A DNA stretch of 64,000 bases from Nannocystales bacterium (GTDB taxonomy: Bacteria; Myxococcota_A; Polyangia; Nannocystales; Nannocystaceae): contig JBOEGF010000010.1 of NCBI GenBank assembly GCA_050633305.1, positions 288,001 through 352,000 on the forward strand, given 5' to 3'. Both the position numbers and the translations under genes were made by a program. The notes below the pieces were generated by a model. The model saw only the letters and a list, made by a program, of their open reading frames with translations, did no database searches and had not been told where the DNA came from. Below, in pieces: positions 1 to 10,357 of the stretch; position 1 is the stretch's first letter; each line of letters opens with the position of its first letter.

Positions 1-2
1 GG

Positions 3-2645
3 CGGTTCCGAATCGAGGGCTTACTCGCCGCTCGCTACGATGTGACCGCATCCGCGGCTCAACATCTCCCGGGTCGCTTCGAGCCAGGAGACTCGAAGTC
101 GCGTTACGTTCGTGTGGCATCGGGACAGCAGCGCACGGGCGTGGAGATCGCACTTCAGCCCGGCGGGGTTCAGGTGTTCGGCACCGTTCGAGACATCTCC
201 GGCGGAGAGATCGCGCTGGCTCAGGTGACGTCCGGCCGAAACCGATGGTTCGGTGACGGAAACATCCCGACCTCGGTGATCACCGACGAGGAGGGCGCGT
301 TCTCCATGTGGGTCGAGGAGGGCAACGTGTCGCTCAAGGCCGATGCGGAGGGGTACGCAGCGGAGACGCAGCGGGGGCGCGCACCGGGGACGCACTACAA
401 GTTGTTCCTCACGCCGGAGTCTGTGGTCGTCGGCAGGGTTGTCGATGTCGCGACCGGTGACCCCGTGCCTGGCGCTCTCGTTCGTGTGGACCGCGGCCCG
501 CCAGTGCTCTCCGAGGAGGACGGATCGTTTCGGATCGAAGGGCTCGCACCGGGCGTGTACAAGCCCACGGTCAAGGCAGACGCAGGCTATGGCGAAGCCG
601 AGACCAGCGTGCACCTGGGACTTGGTGAGACCTCCAAGGACGTGCTCGTGCGCCTGCACCCCGCGGTCACGGTATCCGGGGTCGTGGTCATCAAAGATGG
701 GGAAGAGGTCCGTCCCTGCGAAAGGGGGTCCGCGATGCTGCGTCGGGTGCCCAACGCCGGCGGTAGCGTGTACTCCGGGTCCGTTCGGACCGAGGGGGAG
801 GTCCGCATGAAGGGCGTGCTGCCCGGTCGATACGAGGTGACCGCGTCCTGTACGGGCTACCTCAGCGAGGATGCCTACGGCGAAATCGACGTCGCGGACA
901 CGCCGGTCGAAGGACTGCGCTGGGAGGTGACGACAGGGGCGTCGATCCGCGGCAAGGTCGTCGTCGCGGAGGCGGAGCAACTGCGCGGCCTCCAGGTCCG
1001 GGCACGGTCAACGGGAGGCGAAGCTCGAGGCAAGGGCGGCTGGGCGAGTACGGGCAAGTTTGACGAGGACGGGACCTTTGTCCTCGAAGGCCTCTCCGCC
1101 AACACCTACAAGCTGACGGCCTCGGGCAGGGGCGTTCCTGAACCCGAAGAGCCACTCGAGGTTGTGGTGCCACAGGGGGAGGTCGTGGAGGGCGTCGAAC
1201 TCGAACTGCTCCCCGAGGCCATCATTCGAGGTCAGGTGCAGGACGAGGCAGGCAACCCGGTGACGGCGGCAGACGTTCGCGCCGAAGGCCCTGGCCGCAA
1301 CTGGTCCGCAGAGCAGGTCGGAGACGATGGCCGTTTTGAACTCCGTGGCCTCCGAGGCGGGGAGTACCGCGTGCGCGCAGCGTTGAACTGGAGCGATTCG
1401 CTTCGCAAGCCCGGGACGACCGACGACGACGTCCAGGGCGAGGCGGTGACCGTCGATGCGGGGGACGAAGCCGAGGTGTTGTTGGTGGTCGAGGCGCGCG
1501 ACGGTACGATTTCTGGGACGGTGACCGACAGCGGCGGGGGTCCGGTCTCCGATGCTTTTATCCGCGCCGAGAGGTTGTCCGACTCGAAGGCAGCAAACAC
1601 CAAGAACACGCTCCGCAGAGCCCGGTGGGGCGGCTGGAACGACCAGCCGATCATGACCGACACCGAGGGCGGGTTCACGGTCGAGGGGCTCTCTGAAGGC
1701 GCCTATACGGTGTGGGCGGTTCGAAAGGGCGGCGGCGAAGGTTATGCGGAGAACGTGTCTTCTGGGGCGGATGGGGTGAGTATTCAGCTTCAACCCACCG
1801 GGCAGATCCTGGGAACCGTCACCGCTGCATCCGGGGGCGCTCCGCAACGGTTCAAAGTGACTGTCAACGACGAGACGACAGGATTTTCAAGGCGGGAGTC
1901 GTTCTTCGCCACCGATGGGCGGTTCGTGATCGACGAGATGCCTCCGGGGAAGTTCTTCGTCGCCGCAAGCAGCACCGAAGGAAGCGGGGATACCGAGGTG
2001 ACGCTCGCCGAGGGCGCGAGCCAAGCTGGGGTCAAGGTCGAGCTCCAGAAGATGGTCGCCGTGAAGGGGCGCGTGGTCGACCTCGAATCCGGTGAGCCGA
2101 TCCCCGGCATCAGCGTCTCGATGAATCGCAAGAAATCGCGCGATTTCAATATCAGCTTCGGCGGGGGCGACAAGCGCAACATCACCGACGACAACGGCAC
2201 CTACGAACTCGATGCGGTCCCCGTTGGGCATGTCTCCGTCATCCTGTTCCCGAAGGACTTCGGTGGGGACAGCGACTATTCCTTCTCACAGACCAGGGCC
2301 GTCGTCGAAGACGGCAATCCGTTCGAAGTCCCTGCGCTGGAGATGATCAAGCGCCGGGTCAAGAAACAGGAAGACACCGGAGACCTTGGCTACACGCTCA
2401 AGGAATCGGCTCCAGACGTCGACTGGATGGAGCGTGAACTGATTGTGGGCTTCGTTCGGCCTGGTGGTCCGGCAGCGCAGGCGGGGTTGAAGGTCGGTGC
2501 CAAGATCGAGTCGGTCGATGGCCATGACGTGACCAAGAAGCCGGCTCGCTACTCCGCCCTCTCGCGCATTGAAGTGGGAGCAACCCTCGAACTGGGGATC
2601 GAAGGCGGGGCGACGGTGAAGATCACCGCCGTGAAGAAGCCGTAG
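3..2645 (+). CDS. Carboxypeptidase-regulatory-like (beta-sandwich) repeat protein with C-terminal PDZ domain; 5' end truncated by the window
   Basis: Repeated 'GxVxD..GxPV.GA.V ... DG.F.IEGL.PG.Y' units. PDZ-like end (VRPGGPAAQAGLKVGAKIESVDG). The frame stays open upstream of 42 to the window edge. Confidence 0.8.
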   Translation, partial: RFRIEGLLAARYDVTASAAQHLPGRFEPGDSKSRYVRVASGQQRTGVEIALQPGGVQVFGTVRDISGGEIALAQVTSGRNRWFGDGNIPTSVITDEEGAFSMWVEEGNVSLKADAEGYAAETQRGRAPGTHYKLFLTPESVVVGRVVDVATGDPVPGALVRVDRGPPVLSEEDGSFRIEGLAPGVYKPTVKADAGYGEAETSVHLGLGETSKDVLVRLHPAVTVSGVVVIKDGEEVRPCERGSAMLRRVPNAGGSVYSGSVRTEGEVRMKGVLPGRYEVTASCTGYLSEDAYGEIDVADTPVEGLRWEVTTGASIRGKVVVAEAEQLRGLQVRARSTGGEARGKGGWASTGKFDEDGTFVLEGLSANTYKLTASGRGVPEPEEPLEVVVPQGEVVEGVELELLPEAIIRGQVQDEAGNPVTAADVRAEGPGRNWSAEQVGDDGRFELRGLRGGEYRVRAALNWSDSLRKPGTTDDDVQGEAVTVDAGDEAEVLLVVEARDGTISGTVTDSGGGPVSDAFIRAERLSDSKAANTKNTLRRARWGGWNDQPIMTDTEGGFTVEGLSEGAYTVWAVRKGGGEGYAENVSSGADGVSIQLQPTGQILGTVTAASGGAPQRFKVTVNDETTGFSRRESFFATDGRFVIDEMPPGKFFVAASSTEGSGDTEVTLAEGASQAGVKVELQKMVAVKGRVVDLESGEPIPGISVSMNRKKSRDFNISFGGGDKRNITDDNGTYELDAVPVGHVSVILFPKDFGGDSDYSFSQTRAVVEDGNPFEVPALEMIKRRVKKQEDTGDLGYTLKESAPDVDWMERELIVGFVRPGGPAAQAGLKVGAKIESVDGHDVTKKPARYSALSRIEVGATLELGIEGGATVKITAVKKP

Positions 2646-2648
2646 AGG

Positions 2649-3944
2649 TCACTCGAGATCGAGCTTCAGCTCAATCTCGACGCCGCGCCGCACAATGGTG
2701 ACGCGGAGGGTCTCTGGCGGCGCTTTTGAGACCGCTGCGTAGGCCTCCAAGGCCTCATCGAAGTCTCCGATCGGTCGCCCTTGGACAGAGACGAGGAGGT
2801 CACCATTGTGAAAACCGAGCTTGTCCAGGAGGCTCGACCGACGGATCCCGTAGAGCTTGAACCCGACGGTCTCACCATCCTTCTGGCTGGGGACGATCCG
2901 AGCCGAGCGTGCGAGGACGGACGGGTCCGCGAGTAGTTCCGCGAAGCGGTCGCGGTCGATGCTGTAGCGGTGCTCCCCGTTCTCCGTGACAACGGCGTCG
3001 AGCGTGGTTGCGGGCTTGGACCGGCTCCCTGCCGGCCCTCCTCTTCGGTAGGCGGACGCGGGCTTCGGCGTAGCCTTGATCGTTGAGAGGGCCTCGGAGT
3101 CCAGTACATCTTCGATCACCTCGTACTGAAGCCGAGCCTCACCGTCGTCGGTCCCAACGGTGAGTTCGAACGTTCGCTCCGCTGCACGCTCCCCGATCCG
3201 TTGCAGTGCGAGTTCGAGGCCGTTCTTCCCGATGTTCTCATCGTCGACGCGCAGTACGGGTCCGCCCCCCGGGACGCCGAGGCTTTGCCATAGCTCGCGG
3301 TTTTGATGGAGCCATGGCATGTCCGCGAGCGTCTCGAGCAAGGCTCGATCGATCAGGCGTCGCCCGCCCTCCTGTTGAACGACCCCGAGCCGGACCAGGG
3401 AGGACGCCACACTCTGAGCGGTGGATCGCGAACGGATCCATAGGAAGATGGTCTCGGTCGATCCGTCCCGCAGGCGTCGAATCTCAGCCCAATGGGTCCG
3501 CTGCGCCAAGGCCCATGTGTCGTGGAGACTCGCCAGCGCGGGCGCCTGGGTTGCTCCGATGGAGAGCAAGAGGTCTCCGGGGAGCAAGCCGACCTGGCCG
3601 GCCACTGCGCCCCGACCGATGGACAGGACCCGAAGTCCGTCCGCTTCGTTCCGGGTTTGCACGACGCCGGACAGAAACTCGAGCGAGAACTCGGCCCATG
3701 CGTCGTCGTCGAGCTGATGGAGTCGGGGATGGTGGCTCTGGACCGTCCATTCGCCGGCTGGAGCGTCGCGCGACCCCTGCGGTGGCGGGTCCGGGAGACG
3801 CTTCGGAGTCGGCGCTTCGTCGCTCACCGCGGCGGCGACATCTGGGGGTGCATCGGGAGCAGGTCCGTCCTTCGAGCGGTCGCACGACGTTGCAGAGGCC
3901 AGTGAGACCAGCAGGAGGAGGGCGGGGAAGGATGCTGACGTCAT
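2649..3944 (-). CDS. GspC-like (type II secretion protein C) PDZ protein, probable lipoprotein
   Basis: C-terminus ARIVPSQKDGETVGFKLYGIRRSSLLDKLGFHNGD is typical of deltaproteobacterial GspC PDZ. A second degenerate PDZ lies N-terminally. Signal peptide ends in ATSC. Start overlaps the kinase stop (ATGA). Confidence 0.7.
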   Translation of the reverse strand: MTSASFPALLLLVSLASATSCDRSKDGPAPDAPPDVAAAVSDEAPTPKRLPDPPPQGSRDAPAGEWTVQSHHPRLHQLDDDAWAEFSLEFLSGVVQTRNEADGLRVLSIGRGAVAGQVGLLPGDLLLSIGATQAPALASLHDTWALAQRTHWAEIRRLRDGSTETIFLWIRSRSTAQSVASSLVRLGVVQQEGGRRLIDRALLETLADMPWLHQNRELWQSLGVPGGGPVLRVDDENIGKNGLELALQRIGERAAERTFELTVGTDDGEARLQYEVIEDVLDSEALSTIKATPKPASAYRRGGPAGSRSKPATTLDAVVTENGEHRYSIDRDRFAELLADPSVLARSARIVPSQKDGETVGFKLYGIRRSSLLDKLGFHNGDLLVSVQGRPIGDFDEALEAYAAVSKAPPETLRVTIVRRGVEIELKLDLE

Positions 3945-6900
3945 GGCGTGAGACGGGCCTGCATGGCCAGGATTCGAGTGCGCAGGGGGATCCAGCGGGT
4001 GACCTCGGGCAGAAGCGGGAGCGCTCGAGCAAGCAGGGCTAACGCCTGTGTCGCGTGTCCATCGTCCTGAGCAATCCGAGCCTCGACGTAGAGCATCCGA
4101 GCACGGGTCGCGTCCGTCGGCTTCGGGGTGGCGAGTCGTTGCTTCGTTTCGAAGTGTTGGCGCGCGGCGTCAACGTCGTCGTTGTCGAGCGCGAGTTCGG
4201 CAGCACTGAGGGCGAACCGCCCCACGATCGCGTGTTCCTTGCCGAAGGAAACCTTGGCCTGCTCCACGGCGGTCTCGACCCAGACCTGCCCCTGCTTCGT
4301 GTCGCCGCCGCAGACCCACGTGTACTTGGCCCGGTTGTGGTTGACGACTGATCGCAGAACGTCGGTCGCTGCGAGCGAGTCGACGGACGCGGCGGCGGCC
4401 TCGAAGTAGCGGAGAGCGTCGTCGCAGCGTCCGAGGTTCATGTAGTCGGTTCCGACCGCGGAGTTGCCTTGCACGACGGAGCGGTGTGTGTCGTCCCGAG
4501 AGACCTGGAGGATCTCGAGCGCCCGGATGTGATGGGCCAGGGCTTCTTCGCCGCGCTCCATCTGAGTCAGCGTGGTCGCCAGGTTGTTGTGCACGAGGGA
4601 GACGTTGGGGTCGTTGGGGCCGCGGGTCCGGGTCCAGGTTTCAATGAGCTGCTCGTACAGAGCCTTGGAACCCTCGAGGTCGCCCTTTCGCTTTAGGATG
4701 CCCGCGAGGACCGCTCGTGGGGAGTCGAGCCGCGGGCTATCCCGACCAAACCACGCCTCGCCCATCGTGAGGGCTGTCTCGACGGAGGACGCTGCTTCGT
4801 CGAGTTTGTTCTGGGCGGCAAGCGCGGCGGCAAGCGTCCCCAGGGTCGGGACGTAGTCCGGGTGCTCGGGCCCATACCGCCGCTCGATCTCTCGGAACAG
4901 CTCCCGCGACCGAGCTTCCGCTGCACCGTAGTCGTCGACGTCCATCTCCAACGCCGCGAGGTTGTTGAGGGGCGAGAGGGCTTCGGGTCCATCGGGCTCG
5001 AACGCCTGATGCAGCTCGTACGAGCGCTTGTAGGCCTTGCGGGCCTCGTCGTAGTTGCCTCGCTGACGTTCGACGAGTCCGACCGAGTTCCAGAATGATG
5101 CGGCGGGGCGGCTGTATAGACCCTCTCGTTCGAGCGCGCCATGGGTCATTTCCATCCACAGGTGAGCCTGTTCGAGGTTGGGAGTGGAGGACCCGAGCAA
5201 GTGCAGGGCGAGCGCTCCCGTACTCACCATCAGCCGGGTGTCGCCGCATCGGATCGCCGTTCGAAAGGCCTGCTCCAGTGCGGCGAGCGAGGACTCATAG
5301 TCAGCCATCCGAAGGTGAAGAAAGCCGACCTCGTGTAGGACCTCCGCGGTGAGTGGATCGAACCCGAGCGCCTCGGCCTCCTCGCGGAGTGAGGTGACCG
5401 ATGCGAGTGCAGTCTCGAACTTTCCCAAGCTGGCGTCCGCACTGACGCGTGCGAGTCGGCGACGGACCGCGGCAACGGGTTCTGCTTGGTCTGCTGGAGG
5501 TGTGCGCGGTGGTGACCGCGTCCAATCGCGTTGGTTGCACTGCACCGGGTCGCCCAGCTTGCCGACCGCCTCTCCGGCGTATTGCAGCGCGTTGTCGTCG
5601 CTCTCTTCGAGCGCGTCGACCAGCGCCTCAAAGTGCACGAGTCGTTCGTCGAGGCACTGCAACGCGACGTTTCGGTGCGCAGTCTTCGAGGACACGCATG
5701 CGGCTGTCCTCGACTCGGTCCACTTCGAGGCGAATCGACCCAGGTCTCCGCGAACCCGTGCCACCAGATCTGCGCTGGTGTCGGTGTCTTTCGCTTGCAG
5801 CGCGACCGTGATCAGGTCCGCGCGCTCGGGGTTCCACGCGGCGACGGGGATGGCCTGTGCCGCCGGGGTGCACCGAGCATCGTCCTTGGACGTCGCGATG
5901 GCGCTGGCGAGGCCCAAGGCTCCGATGCCCAGCCCAGCCAGGAACAATGCCTTGGTGGACCGCCGAGTCGCCGACCACCCCGAGGGCTGCATCGCCCGCA
6001 GGAGGCTCGCCAGGGTCGGAAAACGCTCGCCCGGGTCGGCGCGAAGCCCCCGGACGAGGGCGCTCCGGAGGTGCCGCGGTAGGGCGTCGAGATGTTGCCG
6101 TTCCGCGATCCGGCCGGCGTTGACGTTCGCTGCCAGCTCGGTGACCGTACGCCCAGCGAACGGGCGGCTCCCACACAGCGCCTCGAACAACGCGACACAA
6201 AAGCTGAACTGGTCCGACCGCGCATCCGCGACTCCGCCAGCGAACTGCTCGGGGGACATATAGGCTGGGGTGCCGACCAGCGCCCCGGTGCGGGTGAGTG
6301 TGGCGTCGGACAGCTCAGTCTGCGTGCCCGACTGGGTCGAGAACAGGGCATCTCGGTCCTGCGTGGTTTGGCCTTGCCGGGCCAGGCCGAAGTCGGTGAC
6401 ACGGGCCCGGCCGTCGCGACCCATCAACACGTTCGCGGGCTTGAAATCTCGATGAACCAGGCCTGCCTCATGTGCCGCTTCGAGTCCCCGGCCCGCATCG
6501 TGAAACGCCGCGACGATCTCCTCTTGGCTGCGGTCCTTGGCCGCGAGCCACTCGCCGAGGGTGCCGCCCTCGACATGCTCCATCGCCATGAAGACCGAGC
6601 CTTCATGCAACCCCACATCGTGCACGACGACCACGTTGGGGTGTGCGAGCCGAGCCGTGGCTCTCGCTTCGCGGACCAGACGTTCACTCGAGCCCTCGCC
6701 GAGAGCCCGCGAGCGCAGAAGCTTCAGGGCGACCTTGCGGTCCAGCTCCGGATCGAAGGCAGCGTGGACGACTCCCATCGCGCCTGCACCAAGGGTCCCG
6801 AGCACGAGGTAGCGGCCGATGCTCGTGCCACGGGCCATCGCCGCGGGAAGCAGCTCCGCGAGTCCATCGTCGGCACCGCGGTCCGTGATGCCTTGGCTGT

Positions 6901-7087
6901 CGTCTTCGGGTGCAACCTCGGGGAGAGAGGAGGCGCGTAGCTCGAACACACGGGCGAGCTCGATCAGCACCAGGCGGCAGCTCGGGCACCCATCGACATG
7001 GGCCTCTGCGACCGCAGCGGCCTCTGCGTCGAGGTTGCCCGTCACGAGATCGACGATCTCGTTCTCTTCCAGGCAGGAGGTGCTCAC
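3941..7087 (-). CDS. Ser/Thr protein kinase with N-terminal zf-HC2 zinc finger, TM segment and C-terminal TPR repeats
   Basis: HVDGCPSC; GAGAMG, VALK, HRDFKPAN, DFG and GTPAYMSPE motifs; TPR_12-like repeats. Start placed at GTG 7087 (VSTSCLEENE). Confidence 0.9.
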   Translation of the reverse strand: MSTSCLEENEIVDLVTGNLDAEAAAVAEAHVDGCPSCRLVLIELARVFELRASSLPEVAPEDDSQGITDRGADDGLAELLPAAMARGTSIGRYLVLGTLGAGAMGVVHAAFDPELDRKVALKLLRSRALGEGSSERLVREARATARLAHPNVVVVHDVGLHEGSVFMAMEHVEGGTLGEWLAAKDRSQEEIVAAFHDAGRGLEAAHEAGLVHRDFKPANVLMGRDGRARVTDFGLARQGQTTQDRDALFSTQSGTQTELSDATLTRTGALVGTPAYMSPEQFAGGVADARSDQFSFCVALFEALCGSRPFAGRTVTELAANVNAGRIAERQHLDALPRHLRSALVRGLRADPGERFPTLASLLRAMQPSGWSATRRSTKALFLAGLGIGALGLASAIATSKDDARCTPAAQAIPVAAWNPERADLITVALQAKDTDTSADLVARVRGDLGRFASKWTESRTAACVSSKTAHRNVALQCLDERLVHFEALVDALEESDDNALQYAGEAVGKLGDPVQCNQRDWTRSPPRTPPADQAEPVAAVRRRLARVSADASLGKFETALASVTSLREEAEALGFDPLTAEVLHEVGFLHLRMADYESSLAALEQAFRTAIRCGDTRLMVSTGALALHLLGSSTPNLEQAHLWMEMTHGALEREGLYSRPAASFWNSVGLVERQRGNYDEARKAYKRSYELHQAFEPDGPEALSPLNNLAALEMDVDDYGAAEARSRELFREIERRYGPEHPDYVPTLGTLAAALAAQNKLDEAASSVETALTMGEAWFGRDSPRLDSPRAVLAGILKRKGDLEGSKALYEQLIETWTRTRGPNDPNVSLVHNNLATTLTQMERGEEALAHHIRALEILQVSRDDTHRSVVQGNSAVGTDYMNLGRCDDALRYFEAAAASVDSLAATDVLRSVVNHNRAKYTWVCGGDTKQGQVWVETAVEQAKVSFGKEHAIVGRFALSAAELALDNDDVDAARQHFETKQRLATPKPTDATRARMLYVEARIAQDDGHATQALALLARALPLLPEVTRWIPLRTRILAMQARLTP

Positions 7088-7150
7088 TCGAACCGAGCCT
7101 ACCGTGTGGCGGTGCTTGTTCGGACCGGTAGCCGGTGCGATGCTGTGGTC

Positions 7151-8089
7151 ATGAGCTCGCAGGGACCGGGTTGGTCGCATCTACGGCGCGAGGATTCGTC
7201 CGAGATTCCCCTCAACGCCCCGGAGGCTCCCGCGCCCGCGCAGCCTCCGGTTGAGCACGCTCAGGCACCTGTACAGGCTCCCGTCGCGCAGCCTCCGGTT
7301 GCTCAGGCCCCGCCGCAAACGCCCTTTGCGGCCCCTCCCGTGCACGCGGCAGCCCCTCAGCCGGTTGCCTACGCCCCGCAGGCTCGGCCAGTGCCTCATC
7401 CGGCACAGGCCGGGAATCACGGGGTGTTGCCGGGGGTTGCCTCGCCACCGCCGATGGCTGGCGGGTATCCTCCAGGAGTCGCCATGCAGCAGCAACCCGG
7501 CCACCAAGTCCCTCAGCAGCCCGTCCGCGCTCACGCCCAGCCCCCCGCCGGGTCGAGCGCAAGGCCCGGCGACTCGGAGATCATCTTCGAGGGCGTGGCA
7601 CGCGCGACCTCGGTCTACTCGGGGTACATCAAGTGGTTCGGCGCCTCGGTCGTCGGTGGGGTCGCGGCTTACCTGCTAGGCCTCATCACCTTCTTCTCCA
7701 CCTGGCCGCTGTGGGTCTTGGGCTTTGTCGGAATTCCCGGAATGCTGTGGACCTTCTTCCGCTACCGGACGACCCGCTACAAGATCACCAACCGCCGGCT
7801 CGAGCACGAGCACGGCGTGCTCACCACCACGGTCGACAGCATCGAGCTGTGGCGTGTCCTCGATGTTCGCTACAGCCAGAACATCATCGATCGCATGTTT
7901 GGCAACGCGACGGTCACCTTGATCGGCACCGATCAGACCGACCCGGAGTTCGAGCTCTACGGCTTGCCCAACGCACGCAAGCTGTTCGAAGACCTGCGTG
8001 AGGCTGTGCAGGCCGCCCGTCACACGTCCCGCCCCATGGAAATGGTCGGCGCCGACGGCATGATGGAGAATATGCTCGAGCACCAATAG
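7151..8089 (+). CDS. Membrane protein with bacterial PH (bPH_2) domain and Pro/Gln/Ala-rich N-terminus
   Basis: Two TM helices followed by YKITNRRLEHEHGVLTTTVDSIELWRVLDVRYSQNIIDRMFG. Start placed at ATG 7151. Confidence 0.75.
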   Translation: MSSQGPGWSHLRREDSSEIPLNAPEAPAPAQPPVEHAQAPVQAPVAQPPVAQAPPQTPFAAPPVHAAAPQPVAYAPQARPVPHPAQAGNHGVLPGVASPPPMAGGYPPGVAMQQQPGHQVPQQPVRAHAQPPAGSSARPGDSEIIFEGVARATSVYSGYIKWFGASVVGGVAAYLLGLITFFSTWPLWVLGFVGIPGMLWTFFRYRTTRYKITNRRLEHEHGVLTTTVDSIELWRVLDVRYSQNIIDRMFGNATVTLIGTDQTDPEFELYGLPNARKLFEDLREAVQAARHTSRPMEMVGADGMMENMLEHQ

Positions 8090-8096
8090 CGGGCCT

Positions 8097-8861
8097 GTGA
8101 CGTTCTCGCTGGGGTCCATCGACGACGTCGACGACGTCATCGAGGCGTTGGACACCGTGTTGGCGCTCGGTGTCCGTGGAAGACATCGGTGGGCCATCTT
8201 CGCGGCCATGTACCGCCGTGTGACCATCGCTGTGAAGCACGCGATCGAACGCGGTGAGTTCGACGACGGCCCACGCATGAGTCGGTTTGATGCCGTCTTC
8301 GCGCTGCGATACCTTCGCCCCCTACAAGCATACCTTCGCGGTGCGTCGGTGCCTCGGGCCTGGTCGGTTGCGTTTCGCGCCACCGAAGACCCGAGCCTCA
8401 CCGCGATGCAGTTGCTGCTGCTTGGGGTCAACGCGCACATCAATCTCGACCTTGGGTTCTCGGTGGTCGAGGCCGGCCTCGAACCCGAGCCGTTTCGGAC
8501 GGACTTCGACCGCATCAATGCGATTCTCGCCGGGGAACTCGATGGGGTTCAGGAGGCCCTCGATGCGGTCTCGCCGTGGTTGTCGGGGGTGGACCGAATC
8601 GCGGGGAGGGCAGACGAGCGTCTCGGCGTCTTTGTTGTGGTGCGGGCTCGAGACCAGGCGTGGCGTAGCGCCCGTGCGGCCGACTCGCGCTCGTCGCAGG
8701 AGCGGGCCGTGTACGAGGCCACCGTGGATCGGAACACGGCGGCGCTGGCGGAACGCATCGCGTACCCGCGTTTTCCGCTGTCGCTGCTGGTCCGGTTGAT
8801 CGGCTGGCGCGAGTCGTGGACCGTGCCGCGGATGGTTGAGCTGCTCGGACGACCGCTCTAG
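8097..8861 (+). CDS. DUF5995-family protein
   Basis: FAAMYRRVT, F.DGPRM.RFD..FA.RY, LLLGVNAHINLDL and DFDRINAIL motifs. Confidence 0.75.
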   Translation: MTFSLGSIDDVDDVIEALDTVLALGVRGRHRWAIFAAMYRRVTIAVKHAIERGEFDDGPRMSRFDAVFALRYLRPLQAYLRGASVPRAWSVAFRATEDPSLTAMQLLLLGVNAHINLDLGFSVVEAGLEPEPFRTDFDRINAILAGELDGVQEALDAVSPWLSGVDRIAGRADERLGVFVVVRARDQAWRSARAADSRSSQERAVYEATVDRNTAALAERIAYPRFPLSLLVRLIGWRESWTVPRMVELLGRPL

Positions 8862-10357
8862 CCGAACGTCCCGACGAGCCACACGAACGCGAAGTGTTGC
8901 GGGATGTTCCCCGCGAGGCGTACCCCTGCGTCGACAGGAAGAAACAGCGCGTACCCGGGTTGGACCATCAAGTACGGAGCCCACGGCTTCAGGGTGACGA
9001 AGGCGTCGAACTCGTGCCCCAGCCCCCGCCCAGTATTCGCGGGGTCCCACCCTGAGCCGACGAGGCCGCCGCCCGCGTTTGTCCACCGCCCCGTGGGCTC
9101 CTGCAGTTGCAAGTAGTGGTAGGCCAGCACCCCGGTCAGAAGCTTGTCGAACCCCAGCTTGGCGGCCACCTCGAGGTCGCGCATGTTGGACCAGTTCATC
9201 TGGTCGGCGATGCCGTAATGGATGTGGTTGGTCGGGAAGAAATTGTAGAAGTCGTTGCTGTCGGCGTTTGCACAGACGTCCGTGTCGCCTGAGCATCGGT
9301 GGCCGCTGGCCATCGCATAGCCCAGATGGCCCCCCGGCTTCACGCGGTGCTCGCCGTGCATGTATCCCAGACTCGCTGCCCAAGCCCACGCTCGATGGTC
9401 TTGGTCCCGAACCCGGCCCGTCTGTCCGTGTGCCTCGACGTCGTAGGTCAATCCTGCGAAGGGTGTGCCCCAGACCCTCCCACCGAAGTCGACGAGCCGA
9501 CGTTCGAAGCCCACATCTCCATCTCGACCGTCTTCGAACACGGCGAGTGACATTCCCTCGACGTTCACCGCCTCGTGGATGCTCAGGGCGAGTTTGGCTG
9601 CGGCGAGCTGCGCTCCGGACGAACTCTCGGATTGGGGCGGGTCTACGCTGTCGTCCGCCACGGTTCGTCGCGGGGCGAGCAGTGCCACAAACATGTCGAG
9701 CTCGACGATGGACGCCTTGCCGACTGCACGCACCGCGTCGAACGATCTTGCGCCGGGGAGCCATAGCAAGCTGCCGATCATGCGTTGCTTGCCCCACACC
9801 ACCTCCTGACGACCGGCACGGAGATATCCCGACGTCGTCTGGGACTCTGTCTCCCCCCCGATCTCCAAGAAGCCCTGATGAAGGTCGGTGTTGGCTTCGT
9901 TGGAGACCGTGGAGGCTTCGAAACCCCACGTTCGCGCGTCCTGAACTTGCGCGAAGGCTTTGAGCGGGCCCCAACGAGCGCCCAGTTGAACGCGTGCCCG
10001 CTGCAGGACGGTGCCCGTGTCAGGTGCGGAGCCCGCTCCAAAGTCGGGGTTCACCCTTCCTTGGCCTCGCAGAAACACTTGAACACCGGGCGAAAACTCG
10101 GGCTTGGGCTTGGCCGCGGCTTCGGGTTGGGTGTCGGCTGGGGGGCTGTCAGTCGAGGCGAGAGTGGCTGTTGGCTGTTGGAGAGGTGCCGGAGGCTCGG
10201 GAGGTGACGCGGGCGCTTTGTGGACCGGCTGGGGTTGTACGTCGGGAGCGTCGGCCTGTGGCGCCTCCACTGCGCTTGGACCCGTCGCGGGTCGAAGCGA
10301 CGGTTCGACGCTCGGGCCGATGATGAGAAGTGTGAGTGCGGAACTCGCAGCGATCAT
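8858..10357 (-). CDS. Alginate-export-family outer-membrane beta-barrel; last gene of the nap operon
   Basis: QVQDARTWG, LRAGRQE..WG.QR.IG and FYNFFPTNHIHYGIAD motifs; aromatic C-terminus. ATGA overlap with the upstream gene. Confidence 0.75.
   Translation of the reverse strand: MIAASSALTLLIIGPSVEPSLRPATGPSAVEAPQADAPDVQPQPVHKAPASPPEPPAPLQQPTATLASTDSPPADTQPEAAAKPKPEFSPGVQVFLRGQGRVNPDFGAGSAPDTGTVLQRARVQLGARWGPLKAFAQVQDARTWGFEASTVSNEANTDLHQGFLEIGGETESQTTSGYLRAGRQEVVWGKQRMIGSLLWLPGARSFDAVRAVGKASIVELDMFVALLAPRRTVADDSVDPPQSESSSGAQLAAAKLALSIHEAVNVEGMSLAVFEDGRDGDVGFERRLVDFGGRVWGTPFAGLTYDVEAHGQTGRVRDQDHRAWAWAASLGYMHGEHRVKPGGHLGYAMASGHRCSGDTDVCANADSNDFYNFFPTNHIHYGIADQMNWSNMRDLEVAAKLGFDKLLTGVLAYHYLQLQEPTGRWTNAGGGLVGSGWDPANTGRGLGHEFDAFVTLKPWAPYLMVQPGYALFLPVDAGVRLAGNIPQHFAFVWLVGTFG

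Noticed and set aside
7230..7330. Short repeated GCGCAGCCTCCGGTTG units
   Set aside because: They are coding repeats of an AQPPV low-complexity linker.
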